Position numbers and translations under genes: made by a program | The notes under the pieces: model-generated | What the model saw: only the letters and a program-made list of their open reading frames with translations | The model's database searches: none | What the model was told of the DNA's origin: nothing | Part shown: piece by piece, positions 19,111 to 30,005 of the stretch | Position numbering within the stretch: position 1 is the stretch's first letter | How the letters are laid out: each line of letters begins with the position of its first letter | Assembly (NCBI GenBank): GCA_043745785.1 | Contig: JAYTSG010000004.1 | Coordinates: 570 to 64,569 of the forward strand | Direction: 5' to 3' | Length of the DNA stretch: 64,000 bases | From: a bacterium | GTDB taxonomy: Bacteria; Patescibacteriota; Minisyncoccia; Phycocordibacterales; UBA5272

Positions 19111-19516
19111 ACACCATCTCTGCTTTAAACGACTTACAAACAGAGCTAAGAAAACCTAATGCAACAGCGATGAGCATCTTGATAAAAATTAGTAGACTCG
19201 TGATTGATGCAAAAACTTTTGGTCTCGGAACAATAGCGCTAGACACTCTCTATAGTCTCTCTAAATCACCGGAACCTCCTAAAAATGACTCTTCTTCCCC
19301 TAGCGTAGCGTCCATACATCCTGAAACTAACCAGTCAAGTATATCTCACTAAGAGTGAGATATCTGTCTGCACTTGTTACGCGCTCAAACAATGTGGACA
19401 GAGACTCTAGCGCAAACTTTTGGCAAAAATAGATTTTTTTGGTAGAATTCTTGTACCTGCACATCGATGCTGTATTTCGTAAGAAATTAACTAATTATAA
19501 ATAACTATTTACCCCT

Positions 19517-20107
19517 ATGGCAACACTTGATTATGATGAAATAAAACCAAAGAAGTGCATACTCATCAATGATGAGCCTTACGAAGTGCTCGAATATCAC
19601 GTTGCCAGAACACAAAAGCGTAAGCCTCAAAACCAAGTAAAGATGAGAAATCTTCTCAACGGTAAAGTACTTCCTCACACCTTTCATGCCTCAGATACTG
19701 CTGAGGAAGCGGAGGTGAGGCGTAGCGAAGCAAAATTTCTCTACGAAAGAGGTGGTGAATTTTGGTTCTGTGATCCACGTGATCCAAGTAAGCGTTTTCT
19801 CATCAGCGATAGAGTTATCGGAGATGATTCTCGCTATCTGAAAGAAAATACAGTGATAGAAACAAAAGTATTTGAATTTGATGATGAAGAGAGAATCATT
19901 GGCATCAGTCTTCCTATCAAGATGAACTTTATGGTAAAAGATGCCCCTCCTGCAATCAAAGGCAACACCGCATCTGGCGGAGGAAAGCTCGTCACACTAG
20001 AAACGGGCGCGCAAATTACTACACCCCTTTTTATTGAAGCTGGCGAAATAGTAGTGGTGAATACTAGTACTGGAGAGTATGTAGAGAGATTTAAGGTAGA
20101 GAAATAA
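19517..20107 (+). CDS. efp: Translation elongation factor P
   Basis: 196 aa. ...KPQNQVKMRNLLNGKVLPHTFHASDT... and the C-terminal ...GAQITTPLFIEAGEIVVVNTSTGEYVERFK are typical of EF-P, with the conserved Lys in the KPQ loop. Confidence 0.9.
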   Translation: MATLDYDEIKPKKCILINDEPYEVLEYHVARTQKRKPQNQVKMRNLLNGKVLPHTFHASDTAEEAEVRRSEAKFLYERGGEFWFCDPRDPSKRFLISDRVIGDDSRYLKENTVIETKVFEFDDEERIIGISLPIKMNFMVKDAPPAIKGNTASGGGKLVTLETGAQITTPLFIEAGEIVVVNTSTGEYVERFKVEK

Positions 20108-20142
20108 ACTGATATATTTCTCTAGGTATTTTTTAAAATATG

Positions 20143-20184
20143 AAATACAAAGTGCGACGCCTTCGGCGTCGCACTTTGTATTTG
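20143..20184. terminator. Bidirectional rho-independent terminator (AAATACAAAGTGCGACGCC ttcg GCGTCGCACTTTGTATTT)
   Basis: Long perfect palindrome with a ttcg loop. It lies 36 bp after the efp stop and serves the convergent minus-strand gene ending at 20385. Confidence 0.85.
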
Positions 20185-20384
20185 GATTCTCTTTAGGCAA
20201 AATGAATCAGCTGACAGTAATTTGAGAGACTCTTCATCCTCTTGTTATTTTATTTTTTATAGGACCTACACACTTGGTGACCCTCTTTGTCAAAACCATC
20301 TCTTTTTCAATCAACGTACTATAGATATGTCTCTTTTACAATAAAGGGCTTTCCTCGAATCTTATTCAAGTGTGTAGACCTTAT

Positions 20385-20735
20385 TTAATAAAACGGAATT
20401 AACTCTGTACCTGGATCAAAACCAATAGAAGCATAGCTACAGGATTCACCTCTTTCTTTTGCAGCATCATACTTTCCACCGAGCTCATAGCACATCTCTG
20501 CGTCAGAAACCAGAAACATTATTTGTCCATTTTCATCCACGCACTTAGTTGTATTAAATGTTTCACCTTTATTTCTACAAGCCGTAATGAGAAGAACTTC
20601 TTCCATTTCAAGAAAGTTAGAAACATCACCGAAAGGGCTCTTACAAATACCTGAGGTAAACGACTCCCTAAGCACAGTATCGCAACTGACAGCGAACACA
20701 ATATCATCATCAGTACTTTTTGATACATCCAGCAT
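20385..20735 (-). CDS. Hypothetical small cysteine-containing protein (116 aa, 8 Cys, no signal peptide)
   Basis: ATG start. It is adjacent to the Cys-rich VirB2-like protein gene. No recognised domain. Confidence 0.35.
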   Translation of the reverse strand: MLDVSKSTDDDIVFAVSCDTVLRESFTSGICKSPFGDVSNFLEMEEVLLITACRNKGETFNTTKCVDENGQIMFLVSDAEMCYELGGKYDAAKERGESCSYASIGFDPGTELIPFY

Positions 20736-20892
20736 GTTTACCTGCTTAAAACCAGGAACAGTGCATGTGTAATTTATTTATAGTCCCTCGCATCTGTGAG
20801 CAGGCATTACTGAGAGATTCGCAGTCTAAACTGACGTCACCACAGTAAGCAACTTCTTTTCTATATTCTGTTTTCAGAATACTTTCACTGCT

Positions 20893-21990
20893 TTAAAGTT
20901 TGCTTACATCTTGTTGACAAGAATACAATTGATTTCCTCCTGTTAATCCAGCTTGACTGCAAGTGAGGCCTGGTCCACAAAATTTATTATTATGAGCTTC
21001 TGGATTACAATATGATCTCTCTTTTAATTCCTCTGCTCCAATAGCGCAATATAATTGCGCTCCTCCTTGGGCATAACATTTACCAGCGTCTCCATTAAAA
21101 GAACAATTTGCCCATAGACTTTTACCATAGCACGTTTCTCCGTTTGATATGCCTGTACTTGGGACTTTACAATAAAATCCGCCGTAAAGATTACTATCAC
21201 ATGTGCCTTTTGTCCCTCCATTATCAGTACATGACTCATTTTGAGTAGAACAATTGGCGTCATCTTGTACAGAAACAGGAGCAGTGCCACCAGCACAGAA
21301 AAGAGCCGTGCGATTGGCATTGTAAGCACAACCCCCACTGATAGTTCTTCTATCATCGTCTCTAAAGGTACAAGGACTTCTTTCCCCTTTCCCGCTACAT
21401 GCATCAAGGGACGCTTGATTGACATTCACAGAACTCACTGCCTTAACAGTACAGAGCACTGGACCGAATGCATTGGAACAAACCCCTACTGAACCATTGG
21501 GTAATGTACAACTTGCTCCGACCTGTTTCCCTGGAGACTTTGCACAATCATCAGAGACTTCGGACTGCGGATCTATCGACTGATTGGTTGGAGTAAGTCC
21601 AGTCGAAGTTTTAGTGCAATCCGTCACAAAATTGAGGCATGGCTTTGCTATTGTGGTAACATCTTTAATCCCCAGCGTCTGCTGCATAAAGTAGATAATG
21701 CCATAGAGAGAGAAGATGATAAAGATAGCAAGGAGAGACCAGAGCATAAATTTTTTTCCTTCATCTGCTTTTTTTGCTTCCCCTTCTTTGATAGACCAGA
21801 TGAATCTGACGAGGCCAGCAAAGAAAGCGACGATAGCAAGAGACATAAGGAGCACTCCGACGACAGCAACTACATTGCCGTTGACGTTTTCTATGAACTT
21901 GCCGAGTTCGTTAACTTGTACGGAAGAGAAGCCGGAGGCAGATGTGTAAGAGAGGGAGAGTGAGGCAAGAAAAATGGTGAGTAGTCTCAT
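20893..21990 (-). CDS. TrbC/VirB2-like pilin-fold N-terminal domain (signal peptide + two TM helices) fused to a ~250-aa extracellular domain with ~38 cysteines
   Basis: The signal peptide is MRLLTIFLASLSLSYTSASG. TM1 is VVAVVGVLLMSLAIVAFFAGLV, followed by a short charged loop. TM2 is FMLWSLLAIFIIFSLYGIIYF. The C-terminal ectodomain is rich in C, G, S, T and N, with many CxxxC / GxC spacings. Confidence 0.6.
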   Translation of the reverse strand: MRLLTIFLASLSLSYTSASGFSSVQVNELGKFIENVNGNVVAVVGVLLMSLAIVAFFAGLVRFIWSIKEGEAKKADEGKKFMLWSLLAIFIIFSLYGIIYFMQQTLGIKDVTTIAKPCLNFVTDCTKTSTGLTPTNQSIDPQSEVSDDCAKSPGKQVGASCTLPNGSVGVCSNAFGPVLCTVKAVSSVNVNQASLDACSGKGERSPCTFRDDDRRTISGGCAYNANRTALFCAGGTAPVSVQDDANCSTQNESCTDNGGTKGTCDSNLYGGFYCKVPSTGISNGETCYGKSLWANCSFNGDAGKCYAQGGAQLYCAIGAEELKERSYCNPEAHNNKFCGPGLTCSQAGLTGGNQLYSCQQDVSKL

Positions 21991-22289
21991 AAAAGGCTTA
22001 TTTTATATAATAGTTTTAGTATAGCAAGGGATTTATTACTTTTCTCTGTTTATACACAGATGGTCTATGTAGATTTCTTTTGACTAGTAGGCATTTTTTA
22101 TAATGTTCATTGACCTCTGACACACTATTGAGTGCATTATTTTTAAGAGCTAAGAAATAACCTACCTCTGGAAACAAGTCTACTCACCTACAAGGTTGTC
22201 GTAGAGATTGATTTAACAATGACTCACTTATGAATACTTATTAGAGAGATACTCAACCAAGTTTCAAAAAATATCATCTTTTCGTTGGG

Positions 22290-23012
22290 TTAGTTAAAAA
22301 AACCTGATAGTGCGTCAGTAAAAAACATAAGTAGTCCCTGCACAAAAATAACGAAGACAGAGAAAATAAGCACGGCAAGGATGTATCCATGAGCCTCTTT
22401 TATTTTCTCTGGTTTTCCTTGTGCTAAGACATACTTAGCCCCCGACATAAACCAGCCAACAACCATAGCAGGGAGTACTACCCAGTTCCATACCATGTTA
22501 CCAAAAATCTTTACCCACACCACTGGTCCACCGGGAAAAAGTGGTGGCGCTTCACTGGCATAGGCATGGTCAATAGGGAGTAATGACGAGAATATCTTGA
22601 AGTATTCAAATGGTTTACGGTAAGCTGGGTCAAGACCAAGTCCGGCTAATATGGATAAAGCTTTTAAACACACAAATATTCCAAAAAATCCTCCAGCAAT
22701 CTGTAGTAATCGTTTTTTCATATTGGTATGTATCTGAGCTTGCTCACCAAACGCTCCAGCAGCAACATCTTTAGCATAATAAAAACCAAACATTATTAGT
22801 GAAAAAACAGCTCCAAGAAGTAGAAGTAGCTGTACATTATTATCAAAATAAGAAGGAATATCTGATACTTTGCATTGTTGCGTATTCATATCTGGTCCTG
22901 GCAGACAAACGAGCTTAGACAAACCAGATCCCTGCGCATGAACACTAACTAAACCGACAAACATAATCACTGTACTCAGTAGTCCCCTCAGGAATATTTT
23001 TTTACTTTGCAT
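22290..23012 (-). CDS. Membrane protein with signal peptide and TrbC/VirB2-like two-helix core plus additional TM helices
   Basis: An ATG at 23012 gives MQSKKIFLRGLLSTVIMFVGLVSVHAQ, a signal peptide, followed by 4-5 TM helices. The track ORF extends to 23072 and overlaps the upstream gene. Confidence 0.5.
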   Translation of the reverse strand: MQSKKIFLRGLLSTVIMFVGLVSVHAQGSGLSKLVCLPGPDMNTQQCKVSDIPSYFDNNVQLLLLLGAVFSLIMFGFYYAKDVAAGAFGEQAQIHTNMKKRLLQIAGGFFGIFVCLKALSILAGLGLDPAYRKPFEYFKIFSSLLPIDHAYASEAPPLFPGGPVVWVKIFGNMVWNWVVLPAMVVGWFMSGAKYVLAQGKPEKIKEAHGYILAVLIFSVFVIFVQGLLMFFTDALSGFFN

Positions 23013-24306
23013 ACATATCATTGAGCGCTGACACAAAAGTAGCAGATGCTTCAGAGTCTCCTTTTTTGCCACTTACTATGTCATTTACTGCAGTAGTGAG
23101 TAAATTAGTCGATGCCGATTCCCTCAAATCATACCAGCCACGTGTTACCAGGATGCTCGCTTTCATGCCCGAGTCGAGATTTTGATCAGCGGAAAGCACA
23201 GAGCGTATAGGGCTTAATTTATAGGTGGCAACATCGAGTAAACTGGCATACTTACTAGTGGCAAGCGTCGACTGCGCGACATACGCGGTATTTAATAATG
23301 CAGGCGGTGTACGCTTCATCACCGCTATGCCATACATCTTCATGCTGTTAGCTCGCGATTCATACCCTCTTGCTTGCGGAAATGGACTCAAATAAAAATT
23401 GAGACGCTCATTCTTCGCTATAATATCTTTATATTCTCCTGAGTATCCAAAATAAAGGGCAAGTTTACCCGCAGAAAATGCATCAATATCGGTCATTCCT
23501 GTATAATTATTCCACGAATAGGACTCTTTGCTCGGATCAGAAAATTGTGTAAAAAGCTTCAGAGATTCGCGTAGCGGTAGTACGACACTTTGTTCCGAAA
23601 GCGGTACATTACCACTAAAATGAAGAGCTCCATTATTATCCACTGACACTGGATCTTGGCCAAGAGACTCAACAAGACTCATAATAATTTCTTTGGCATG
23701 AATGACGTTAGTCATCGAACCGAGACCCACACCATAGGTAATAAATGAACCATTTTGGTCTCTCTTGGTAATCTTTGGCGTCACAGAGAGCAGATCGTCC
23801 CAATATGCAGGGACTGTCGCTAAGCCATTTTTAGAAATGATGTCACGATTTACAAACATCATCATTGGCTCAACTGTCATAGGGAATGCCAAGATACCTT
23901 CCCCTGTCAAAAAGATAGAGGCGCCATCAATATAAGCATTTTTAAAATCATTCACCGGAAAAGAAGCAAGTGGATAAGGATTTACTCTCTGCTTTTGAGA
24001 CAAAATAGTCTTATAATTAGCAAGTATCATGTCTGGCCCCTCGCCATTAGCGAGTGCGTTAACTAAAATATCCTCAAATCTATCTTCTGGCATTTCTTCA
24101 TAAGAAACAGAATAGGTCTTTGCGTCAACATTAAATTTATTGAGTACGTCATTGACCTGATCTGCAGGAAGTGTCCCCCACATGACTAGTTTACCGATAG
24201 TTTTACCACTCTTTTCTGAACAGCCAATAGGAAGCTTACAAGAAAAGAGGAGAAAGGCAAAGACAGCTGACATGATAGCTATAGCAGTAATGATTTTTTT
24301 ATACAT
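23002..24306 (-). CDS. Lipoprotein, extracellular solute-binding protein (ABC-transporter substrate-binding protein family 1-like)
   Basis: 434 aa. The signal/lipobox is ...AFLLFSCKL. The overall composition and length fit a periplasmic-binding-protein fold (sugar/oligosaccharide-type SBP). No adjacent permease or ATPase genes are present. Confidence 0.55.
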   Translation of the reverse strand: MYKKIITAIAIMSAVFAFLLFSCKLPIGCSEKSGKTIGKLVMWGTLPADQVNDVLNKFNVDAKTYSVSYEEMPEDRFEDILVNALANGEGPDMILANYKTILSQKQRVNPYPLASFPVNDFKNAYIDGASIFLTGEGILAFPMTVEPMMMFVNRDIISKNGLATVPAYWDDLLSVTPKITKRDQNGSFITYGVGLGSMTNVIHAKEIIMSLVESLGQDPVSVDNNGALHFSGNVPLSEQSVVLPLRESLKLFTQFSDPSKESYSWNNYTGMTDIDAFSAGKLALYFGYSGEYKDIIAKNERLNFYLSPFPQARGYESRANSMKMYGIAVMKRTPPALLNTAYVAQSTLATSKYASLLDVATYKLSPIRSVLSADQNLDSGMKASILVTRGWYDLRESASTNLLTTAVNDIVSGKKGDSEASATFVSALNDMYAK

Positions 24307-24309
24307 ACA

Positions 24310-24834
24310 CTAAAGGCTTTTTGCAATAAATGCATAGTGATAATCTCCCGCTGGTAAACGAGCCATGATACGAAATCCGCCAGAGACAAAAAGGTCTTCC
24401 GCCTGACTTTCAGTGAAAACATGGTCTTTGTGTGGTCCGATACCTGCATGACTTTTTGACCAATCGACGACGAGGGCAAGACCTTCTGGAATAAGAACTC
24501 TTTTGATTTCTTTGAGTGCCTTCTTTTTATCTTCTATCATAAAGAGAGTGTTGGAAACAACAACAGCATCTAGTGAATACGAGTCGAGATACAGCCCTTC
24601 CTCTATATCGGCCCAAATAATATCGACATTAACATAACCAAGTGCATCGAGAGTCTTTTTTGCAGAGTCTAATACTTCTTTATGTATATCAACAGCATAT
24701 ACTTTTCCTTCTTCTCCAACTTTTTTAGCAAGTGAAATGAGATACGCCCCACTCCCCGAACCAATATCAGCTACGACCCCCCCATCTCGTATAAAAAGAT
24801 GATCTATCAAATGTTCTGGTGTGAGAAATGCCAT
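24310..24834 (-). CDS. Class I SAM-dependent methyltransferase
   Basis: Motif I is VVADIGSGSGAYLISLA, followed by an acidic residue after beta-2 (VYAVDI). 174 aa. Confidence 0.75.
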   Translation of the reverse strand: MAFLTPEHLIDHLFIRDGGVVADIGSGSGAYLISLAKKVGEEGKVYAVDIHKEVLDSAKKTLDALGYVNVDIIWADIEEGLYLDSYSLDAVVVSNTLFMIEDKKKALKEIKRVLIPEGLALVVDWSKSHAGIGPHKDHVFTESQAEDLFVSGGFRIMARLPAGDYHYAFIAKSL

Positions 24835-24910
24835 GAGAACAGTATATAGCCTTTATGGTGCAAGAGCTAGGGGAGAATACGGGTCATATTAAAACATCTA
24901 ACAGATACTT

Positions 24911-25765
24911 TCACCCTATTTTTATTAAAATAATGCCCACGACACAAACCATCATGAAAAGAACTTTTTGAGCAGTCATTTTTTCTTTATACAAAAAAAC
25001 ACCTAGAATTGCAGTGATAAAAATATAACCAGAAGCGATCGGATATACACCCGAAAGCGGACCAGTAGCGAGAGCCTTCAGAAAGGCATACCCAGCAATT
25101 GTCATAAATAGTCCGGCTGCAAGTGATATCTTCCAAGTATCTTTAATGATATGGAGATGTATAATACTTTTTCTTTCAAATGTATATACAAGAAGAAGCG
25201 AACAGACCACTGCCCCAAGATACTGATATGGTGCATAATGAAACATTAATTCATGAGTTGCTCCAAACTTTTGTATCACCTTTCCAAGAGTAGACGAAAT
25301 GATAATACCTAAGCCAAGCGTGATTGAGTGAGTGTCTAAAATGAGTTCTTCTTTTTTACGAGAATATATAAATACCAAGCAGAGAATAATACATATACCG
25401 AAATACTGAACTAACGATACCCGTTCTGAAAAAAGAAGAATACCCAAAAATACAGTAACCACGTTAGAAAGAGCAGAAGTTACTGGGAGTAAGGTAGTAG
25501 TTTCCATTCTATGAAGAAGAATTTTTTGAAGCGCAGTAGTAACCGCAAAGCAAATACCCCAAAGAATACCGGTCCATGAAATCGGAGCGAGATTATCTAT
25601 TCCAAGATAAAAGATAGCGATGACAAAGCTAAGTAGCAGTGAGAATACATTCATCCAAAAAGTTGAATGAAGAGAACTGTATCTTTTAAACGATGGCATC
25701 TTAAAAAATGCCGTCGACACACCTACTCCTACCATCGCAATCAGCGCGTAGAATACCCAATCCAT
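24911..25765 (-). CDS. DMT-superfamily (EamA-like) transporter, 10 TM
   Basis: 284 aa. Two repeated 5-TM halves are typical of EamA/RhaT permeases. Confidence 0.7.
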   Translation of the reverse strand: MDWVFYALIAMVGVGVSTAFFKMPSFKRYSSLHSTFWMNVFSLLLSFVIAIFYLGIDNLAPISWTGILWGICFAVTTALQKILLHRMETTTLLPVTSALSNVVTVFLGILLFSERVSLVQYFGICIILCLVFIYSRKKEELILDTHSITLGLGIIISSTLGKVIQKFGATHELMFHYAPYQYLGAVVCSLLLVYTFERKSIIHLHIIKDTWKISLAAGLFMTIAGYAFLKALATGPLSGVYPIASGYIFITAILGVFLYKEKMTAQKVLFMMVCVVGIILIKIG

Positions 25766-25768
25766 TTT

Positions 25769-28237
25769 TTAAAGCAGATTGAAACTCGCAACGCTGTCTC
25801 CTTCGCGTAATTTCATAATTCTCACTCCTTGAGTATCACGTCCAAGTGTCGGCACTGAGGAGAGCAGAGTTCGAATGACTTGAGAAGCCTTGGATACTGC
25901 AAGAAGTTCTACTATTTCTTCTGTTACAACACGTGCAATCATGAGCTTGCCAGTCTTTTCTGTCACTTTCACTGTCTTGATACCACTTCCACCACGCTTT
26001 TGGATTTTATACTCGGTCATTTTAGTCTTCTTTCCATAGCCATTTGCCGTCATGATGAGTAGCTCTGTACCCTTTTGTCCTTTTGCTATTTTGTCAGTTG
26101 CAACGATAATGTCACCTTTATCTAACTTCATACCAATAACCCCTGCTGCAGTACGTCCCATTTCGCGCACATCAGAATGGAGAAAACGTATTGACTGACC
26201 ATTCTGTGTTGTCATAACCACAGAATCTTCATCTCCCACAAAAAGAGCACAGAGTAACTCGTCTTTATCTTCAAGTTTAATAGAAATAAGGCCATTTCTT
26301 CGCACATCTTTAAAGCTTTCTGCAGCACTCTTTTTCACGGTACCAAGTTTGGTAACCATCATGAGAGATACTCCAGTGAGCTCCTTCATATCTTTTGGCA
26401 TAGCGAGAATAGATGTCACTTTTTCACCATCTGAAAGCTGAAGGAAATTCATAATACTCTTGCCTCTCGTGGCACGTTTTCCTTCTGGTATGTCATACAT
26501 TTTAATCTGATACGCTTTACCTTTGTCAGTAAAGAAAAGAAGATCAGAGTGAGATGAAGTCTGTAATGACATGGTTACAAAATCTTCTTCTTTGGTGTTC
26601 ATATCAACCACACCAACTCCCCCGCGCTTTTGTACACGGAATTCGTCTGGGTCAGTACGCTTTACATACCCTCCTGATGTAAAGACTATCATTTCTTCAC
26701 GCTCTGGAATAAGATCTTCTGGATTAAATTCTTTAACACGATGCTTGACTATCTTTGTTCTTCTTTCATCTCCATATTTAGCTTTGATCTCCTCAAGCTC
26801 AGCACGAATGATAGCAATCATTTTCTTTTCACTAGCGAGTATTGCGCGTAAGTCTCCTATGAGTGTTTGCACTGCTTTGAGCTCATCTTCAATTTTTTTC
26901 TTTTCAAGAGAGGCAAGGCGTTGTAGCTTCATTTCTAAAATAGCTGTCGCCTGTATCGAAGAAAAATCAAATTTCTTACAAAGATTTGCATGTGCATCTG
27001 GCGTGTCTTTTGACTTCTTGATGAGCTGTATGATTTCGTCTATATGATCGAGTGCTTTCTTGAGACCAAGCAGTATATGTTCTTTTTCAAGAGCTCGCGC
27101 GAGATCGTATTCTGTACGACGACGCACCACTTCTTTGCGATGACCAACGAATGCCTCAAGAGCTCCTTTAAGTGAAAGTGTCTGGGGAATACCATCAACA
27201 AGCGCCACCACATTGAAATGGAAAGCACTTTCAAGTTCTGTATGTTTATAGAGATAGTTAAGTATCTTTTGTGGTTGAGCCCCACTCTTTAAGTCTATCA
27301 CCACACGTATGTCTTTGGTCGACTCATCACGAAGCCCTTTAATGCCTTCAATCTTTTTCTCACGCACATGGTCGGCGATATTTTCTATCAAATTACTTTT
27401 GACTACACGAAATGGAAGTGAGGTAATGATGATTTGGAATTGTCCATTTTTGGTTTCAAAGACTTCTGCTTCGCCACGTACGACTACTCCCCCGCGACCT
27501 GTAGCGTATGCCTGACGAATATCAGCTTGTCCAAAAGCTACGCCACCAAGAGGAAAATCAGGTCCTTTGACAAACTCACAGAGATCTTCTGTAGTTGCAT
27601 CTTTATTTTCTACGAGATGTATAGTCGCATCCATAATTTCTGTAAGATTATGCGGCGGGATATTGGTCGCCATACCGACAGCAATACCGAGAGTACCATT
27701 AAGAAGAAGGCTTGGAACAGCGGTCGGAAGTACTACAGGCTCTTTTTTAGTCCCGTCATAGTTTGACACCATATTCACGGTATTTTTTTCAATATCACGC
27801 ATCATCTCCATAGATATCTTTGACATTTTTGCTTCGGTATAACGATACGCAGCGGCTCCATCTCCATCAACAGAACCAAAGTTACCTTGCCCTTGTACGA
27901 GAGGGTATCTGTAGGAGAAATCTTGAGCAGACTTGACCATCGCGTCATATACAGACGCATCACCATGAGGGTGATAGTTACCTAGCACCTCTCCGACAAT
28001 AGTTGCCGATTTACGAAACTTTGCCCCTGGGGTGAGCCCCATATTGTTCATAGCAAAAAGAATGCGGCGATGTACTGGTTTGAGACCGTCACGAGCATCA
28101 GGGAGAGCTCTCGCAGTAATAACACTCATCGCATAGTCGAGATATGCGGTACGCATTTCTTTGGTAAGAGAAACTGGAAGTAAATTATCCCCCTTTGGAG
28201 GAATTATTTCTTCACTTTTTTCAGATTTTTTCGCCAT
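25769..28237 (-). CDS. gyrA: DNA gyrase subunit A
   Basis: 822 aa. ...[33 protein letters not shown]...[13 protein letters not shown]... includes the active-site Tyr region (AAAYRYTEA). The C-terminal beta-pinwheel repeats are present. Confidence 0.95.
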   Translation of the reverse strand: MAKKSEKSEEIIPPKGDNLLPVSLTKEMRTAYLDYAMSVITARALPDARDGLKPVHRRILFAMNNMGLTPGAKFRKSATIVGEVLGNYHPHGDASVYDAMVKSAQDFSYRYPLVQGQGNFGSVDGDGAAAYRYTEAKMSKISMEMMRDIEKNTVNMVSNYDGTKKEPVVLPTAVPSLLLNGTLGIAVGMATNIPPHNLTEIMDATIHLVENKDATTEDLCEFVKGPDFPLGGVAFGQADIRQAYATGRGGVVVRGEAEVFETKNGQFQIIITSLPFRVVKSNLIENIADHVREKKIEGIKGLRDESTKDIRVVIDLKSGAQPQKILNYLYKHTELESAFHFNVVALVDGIPQTLSLKGALEAFVGHRKEVVRRRTEYDLARALEKEHILLGLKKALDHIDEIIQLIKKSKDTPDAHANLCKKFDFSSIQATAILEMKLQRLASLEKKKIEDELKAVQTLIGDLRAILASEKKMIAIIRAELEEIKAKYGDERRTKIVKHRVKEFNPEDLIPEREEMIVFTSGGYVKRTDPDEFRVQKRGGVGVVDMNTKEEDFVTMSLQTSSHSDLLFFTDKGKAYQIKMYDIPEGKRATRGKSIMNFLQLSDGEKVTSILAMPKDMKELTGVSLMMVTKLGTVKKSAAESFKDVRRNGLISIKLEDKDELLCALFVGDEDSVVMTTQNGQSIRFLHSDVREMGRTAAGVIGMKLDKGDIIVATDKIAKGQKGTELLIMTANGYGKKTKMTEYKIQKRGGSGIKTVKVTEKTGKLMIARVVTEEIVELLAVSKASQVIRTLLSSVPTLGRDTQGVRIMKLREGDSVASFNLL

Positions 28238-28325
28238 GAGGACAGTATAGCAAAAAAAAGGAAAGAAGGCGAGCTAAAGGCGGTAAAAATATCTTATAAA
28301 AGCCTTACAAGCAAAGGTCTAAATT

Positions 28326-28604
28326 TTATTCACTCTTATTGATTACTTCAAGAGTCCTCCCTGTTTTAACAGCTCCGAGCACCTCTCTTATTTGAGAAGT
28401 AAACAGATCAAAGGGTGATGGGTAGGATGTAGAAGCAACTGGCACTCCTTCTGCGTTATTTGTGTTAGATACACTACCAATAGAGACATAAAGAAAAACA
28501 AACATGAGCATGCCGACAGTAGCGAACAAGAGAGCGTGTACTTCACGTATTGAAGACGACTGTCTTTTGACATGATGAAGATATTTTGAAAGTAAGCGAC
28601 GCAT
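28326..28604 (-). CDS. Hypothetical small membrane protein (92 aa)
   Basis: ATG start with one central TM segment. Low confidence. Confidence 0.3.
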   Translation of the reverse strand: MRRLLSKYLHHVKRQSSSIREVHALLFATVGMLMFVFLYVSIGSVSNTNNAEGVPVASTSYPSPFDLFTSQIREVLGAVKTGRTLEVINKSE

Positions 28605-28732
28605 GCAAATAGTATACCACTTTGGTTTATCATTAATAATTCTAGATCTTCCGTCATTTATTGTTAATGAGCAGAGAAAGTATTTTTATATTTTGAACTA
28701 AATCATATTTTTTTCTTTCTTTTTATACAATA

Positions 28733-28890
28733 GACCTCTTTCAAAAGTCTCAAAACTTTCCTGCATTAGGATTCCTGCGAAGACAGGCCCAAGACATGAA
28801 TTTGATAATTCAGAATACAGTATGTATTATAATACTATTTGATTTCAATTTTTACTTAGAGTGATAGCAGAGAGGCTTTTGAAAGAGCTC
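28733..28890. repeat. MITE-like palindromic element, longest copy (TIRs GACCTCTTTCAAAAGTCTC / AGGCTTTTGAAAGAGCTC)
   Basis: ~158 bp. The ends match the family at 6845, 11153 and 30006. The internal ATTCCTG...AATTCAGAAT motif is shared. Confidence 0.7.
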
Positions 28891-29159
28891 TACTACTTTC
28901 CAGAATCATCAAGAAATCTAGCTTCGAAGAGTTAGAAATAACCACAATTTCTAATAAGACAAATCTGAATTTACCTTTATTCCTTCCTACGCTATATGCA
29001 ACCCGCAAGAGTTATCTTAGGGGTTGACCGTCTCATCTGCCTTGTTCTAAGAGTTGTGGGAGCTTTTTGAACTACTGAGAAAGGTCTAGGTCTTACAAAA
29101 CTAATTCTATTTCTTTTTAGTTGCATGCCGAACAACTTTGAAAATATCTCAACTAAACA

Positions 29160-29795
29160 CTACATCTCATGGAAAAGCACCACTTCACCAAGTTTTCCTT
29201 CTATATCTTTTCTCTTGATAGTCAATTTTTCTACTGGCTGCAAACCTTCTGCTCCCGATTCTTTTAGAAAGAGAGGCAATGATATTTCATCATAATCCAT
29301 AGGGATGATGAGCTTTGGTTCGAGAGACACTGCCAGCTTGTGTGCATCATAAGCATTTAAGAGAAAATCGTCACGTCCAACAGGAATAAAAAGCACATCT
29401 GTCTCATCGATAACTTCTTTATGATGAGGGTCGAGCATATGAGAAAGCGCACCCAGGAAAGTGATACGTATACCGTCAAAGGTAAAAACATAGCTCGCAT
29501 TCTGATACATTTTATCTGTTGCGCCATCCTTTAGTTTTGTCTCTGTGCAAAAACTTTTAATAAAGACCCCGGCGACTTCATATTCCCCTGGACCTCTTAT
29601 AACATAGGGAGTTTTATCACTTTTCTCTACCTGTTCCGCACCATTATAGTCGACATGGTTGACGGTTATCAGACAGACATCTGCCCCATATTTTGTAATC
29701 TTTCCTTTACTGTCTTTCGATATAGGATTAAGCGCAAATACCGTATCCCCTACCTGAAATTTAAAATGCTGCTTTCCAAAATTCGTGATGATCAT
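29160..29795 (-). CDS. MBL-fold (beta-lactamase superfamily) metal-dependent hydrolase
   Basis: 211 aa. ...DVCLITVNHVDYNG...ITFLGALSHMLDPHH...LFIPVGRDD... shows His/Asp metal-ligand spacing typical of the UPF0173/MBL fold. Confidence 0.65.
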   Translation of the reverse strand: MIITNFGKQHFKFQVGDTVFALNPISKDSKGKITKYGADVCLITVNHVDYNGAEQVEKSDKTPYVIRGPGEYEVAGVFIKSFCTETKLKDGATDKMYQNASYVFTFDGIRITFLGALSHMLDPHHKEVIDETDVLFIPVGRDDFLLNAYDAHKLAVSLEPKLIIPMDYDEISLPLFLKESGAEGLQPVEKLTIKRKDIEGKLGEVVLFHEM

Positions 29796-30005
29796 GGGGA
29801 TATTTTACCACAAAAATGAGAAACAAAAAATGTTGTTTCAATGAGCTGTGAGTTACTAATAAGTCTTCGTCTTAAAGTTTCTTTTTCAGAATGAAAACCC
29901 CTTAGCACAACTAAAATCTAGTCGCGCGCGTAGTTTAAAAGAAACACACATTTAGTGCTACTACTCAGAGGAAAAGCACTCTACCTTTTTACAACACTTA
30001 TAATA

